A stretch of DNA of 64,000 nucleotides, from contig OZ249447.1 in the NCBI GenBank assembly GCA_965235115.1, positions 25,730,001-25,794,000 of the forward strand. The letters run 5' to 3'. Under the pieces are notes generated by a model that saw only the letters and a list, made by a program, of their open reading frames with translations, was not told the DNA's origin and did no database searches. Shown here one piece after another: positions 61,215 to 64,000 of the stretch. The stretch comes from Laetmonice hystrix. Its lineage: Eukaryota. Every line of letters begins with the position of its first letter. The stretch's first letter is position 1. Position numbers and translations under genes: made by a program.

Positions 61215-62445
61215 CCGTGAGTGTGGGGTAAGATCCCACCCGTGAGACCGTCTGTGTTTGGGGGTGGTGTAAGATCTCACAGTGGGTGTGGGGTAAGATC
61301 CCAACCCGTGAGACCGTCTGTGTTTGGGGGTGGTGTAAGATCTCACAGTGGGTGTGGGGTAAGATCCCACCCGTGAGACCGTCTGTGTTTGGGGGTGGTG
61401 TAAGATCTCACAGTGGGTGTGGGGGTAAGACCCCACCCTTGAGACCGCCTGTGTTTGGGGGTGGTGTAAGATCTCACAGTGGGTGTGGGGGTAAGACCCC
61501 ACCCTTGAGACCGCCTGTGTTTGGGGGTGGTGTAAGATCTCACAGTGGGTGTGGGGGTAAGACCCCACCCTTGAGACCGTCTGTGTTTGGGGGTGGGGTA
61601 AGATCTCAAAGTGGGTGTGGGGTAAGATCCAACCCGTGAGACCGTCTGTGTTTGGGGGTGGGGTAAGATCTCACAGTGGGTGTGGGGTAAGATCCCTCCT
61701 CGGTTACTGTGTGTGTAGGGGCGTAAGATCCCACCCTTGAGGCTGTCTGTGTTTTGGGGTGGTATAAGATCTCACAGTGGGTGTGGGGTAAGATCCCACC
61801 CTTGAGGCTGTCTGTGTTTTGGGGTGGTATAAGATCTCACAGTGGGTGTGGGGTAAGATCCCACCCTTGAGGCTGTCTGTGTTTTGGGGTGGTATAAGAT
61901 CTCACAGTGGGTGTGGGGTAAGATCCCACCCGTGAGACCGTCTGTGTTTGGGGGTGGTGTAAGATCTCACAGTGGGTGTGGGGTAAGATCCCACCCTTGA
62001 GACCGTCTGTGTTTGGGGGTGGTGTAAGATCTCACAGTGGGTGTGGGGTAAGATCCCAACCCGTGAGACCGTCTGTGTTTGGGGGTGGTGTAAGATCTCA
62101 CAGTGGGTGTGGGGCAAGACCCCACCCTTGAGACCGTCTGTGTTTGGGGGTGGGGTAAGATCTCACAGTGGGTGTGGGGGTAAGACCCCACCCTTGAGAC
62201 CGTCTGTGTTTGGGGGTGGGGTAAGATCTCACAGTGGGTGTGGGGTAAGATCCCTCCTCGGTTACTGTGTGTGTAGGGGCGTAAGATCCCACCCTTGAGG
62301 CTGTCTGTGTTTTGGGGTGGTATAAGATCTCACAGTGGGTGTGGGGTAAGATCCCACCCGTGAGACCGTCTGTGTTTGGGGGTGGTGTAAGATCTCACAG
62401 TGGGAGTGGGGTAAGATCCCACCCGTGAGACCGTCTGTATTTGGG
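61215..62445. repeat. 65-66-bp G/T-rich minisatellite (about 19 units) built from two GTAAGATC-containing halves
   Basis: Unit GTGGGTGTGGGGTAAGATCCCACCCGTGAGACCGTCTGTGTTTGGGGGTGGTGTAAGATCTCACA. A rare variant, CCTCCTCGGTTACTGTG, recurs 558 bp apart. Confidence 0.96.
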
Positions 62446-62745
62446 AGGACAAGTACAGACTTCGCCTTAATCAATAATAACAGACAGAAATCACAAAAAA
62501 AGTCCGATTACCATTTACACAAATCACATTACTGCAATTATTCAAATGACTCGTCTTGCCGGCTGGTCACTCGTTTGCAGACCTCGACAGAGTATTTTGT
62601 GTGGAAAAGTTTTGAAGTCTTATTAGATTATGATCGTCTTTTAAGGAACAAATTTTATACACAATTTTAGAAGAGAAATAGTCCTCGTTTTCCACAGGGA
62701 GCACCCGGAACTGATTGAATTACCTGACCGTTCAGTTCCCTGCAT

Positions 62746-62863
62746 GGGGCCAGTTGCATGACAGTCCGTTCGTTAATTTCCCCATGTATTTTCAATGGGA
62801 ATTTTAAGACCGTACTGGACCGAGATTTTTAAGACCGGAAGGGACCGTCATGCAACTGGCCCC
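62746..62863. mobile_element. 118-bp MITE, PIF/Harbinger-like termini (GGGGCC...)
   Basis: 22-bp TIR GGGGCCAGTTGCATGAC(A/G)GTCC with 1 mismatch, plus an internal direct repeat TTTTAAGACCG x2. TSD not conserved. Confidence 0.7.
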
Positions 62864-64000
62864 TGGTGAATGCCAGACATGATGTAACTCAATCTTGGAC
62901 GTGAGGAGGATGTTCGGAAGATTTCCTATTTCCGGCTTATTCTCTCCGTGAATTCGCTAGAGAGTAGCTTCCTCTACATGTAAAGGTGCAGGTGTATGTT
63001 ATCCTGGTCCACATAATGTCGTATTGTTCTTTTAGTCAATGAAGGGTTATACTCACTTCCTCGATGTCAGCTTTTGGGCCAGATCTCCTATTGTAAATTA
63101 GAACGAATCTGCCGCGATGTTCTGATCATACTGTATAATAACCATCTTTATTATAGACAGATCCATTCAGCATAGATGAGAAGGAAGCGCCCCCCCCCCC
63201 CCACACACACACACACGCATCACAGTTCCAATGATTAATGGTGTTTGTTTCATTAGTGCCTGAAGAGAAAGGCCCTCAATCGCCAAGGTATTAATGCCTT
63301 TTGCCAACAGGCAGCTATCATTTTTCCCCATTCCCATAAAAGTAATGAGAATGCTCATTAATAGTAGACCCGAGACGTGTTTACAATCTATGTTATTATC
63401 CTAAAAAACATTGAGAGTGAGTTGTAATCTTACTCTTGAAGGGCGGTTGTCAAACTTGTATATTTTCTTTTAATCCAGAGTAAGCCCAGTTTCTGTAAAG
63501 GTCATCGGCCTTTTACTCACTCGGTTAGTAACAGTTTGATGACGAATTTAAAGTTTACAGCAGTTCTGGTTAATTATATCCTGTCTGTACTTGTAATAGA
63601 GAGTGTTTCTTCTAGACCCCCTGCTCCAGCTAGGGCTACCAGCCCCCGTAAGTCCCCACTTCCGGCCTGATACCGTCTTGGGTCCGTCCTGGATATGAGT
63701 CAAACCTGACTGGTCTAACACGCAGGATCAACAAACATTGCGGGAATAATGGCAAGAACATTATTCTCGTTCGCTAAGCAACGTCGACATGATTGTGCTT
63801 AACTGTAAACTTTCATTTCCTAAAATGATTATCACTGCACGGCGATGATTATTTTTTTAAATATCCTCTCTGAACTATGGACTGGTGCTTGCACAATTGC
63901 ATTACAATTTCTTTAGGCTACCTCTTCTTCTTCACACGCTTTTTCATCTCAACGAATTCACTTTTTCTTTTTGTCTTCAGCTACAGATGTAGGTACAAAA

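Noticed and set aside
61212-62474. Multiple periodic ORFs (HPQTQ..., TPKHRR...)
   Set aside because: Artefact of the 65-bp minisatellite.

Overview
This is eukaryotic (metazoan) genomic DNA. Its repeat content resembles that of marine invertebrates such as echinoderms, but the species cannot be assigned from the sequence. The window is repeat-rich and essentially intronic or intergenic, and no host protein-coding gene, rRNA, tRNA or CRISPR array could be supported. Almost all short ORFs in the track come from tandem repeats or chance. One clearly recognisable protein ORF is present: an uninterrupted APE-endonuclease plus reverse-transcriptase ORF (44529-47402) of a non-LTR retrotransposon that looks RTE-X-like and ends in AATAAA plus an (ATTGA)n tail. 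The most interesting structure the ORF track misses is a 3.49-kb CACTA/EnSpm-type DNA transposon (37872-41360; CACTCTTAAAA termini, 2-bp TG target duplication, GGTTC/GAACC subterminal repeats). It shows no recognisable transposase but carries a minus-strand spliced gene remnant whose two phase-compatible exons encode the C-terminal 'LYYIYGIEYPKGLRNTLVYIE' motif typical of SAMD3-like CACTA accessory proteins. The window also holds at least eight MITE-like elements (TTAA/Kolobok-like, TA/Tc1-mariner-like, hAT-like and Harbinger-like) and about ten minisatellites, several with higher-order structure; one 52/58-bp array forms a 162-bp AAB repeat that was itself duplicated as a 590-bp block. A few weak candidate exons and promoter-like islands are reported at low confidence.
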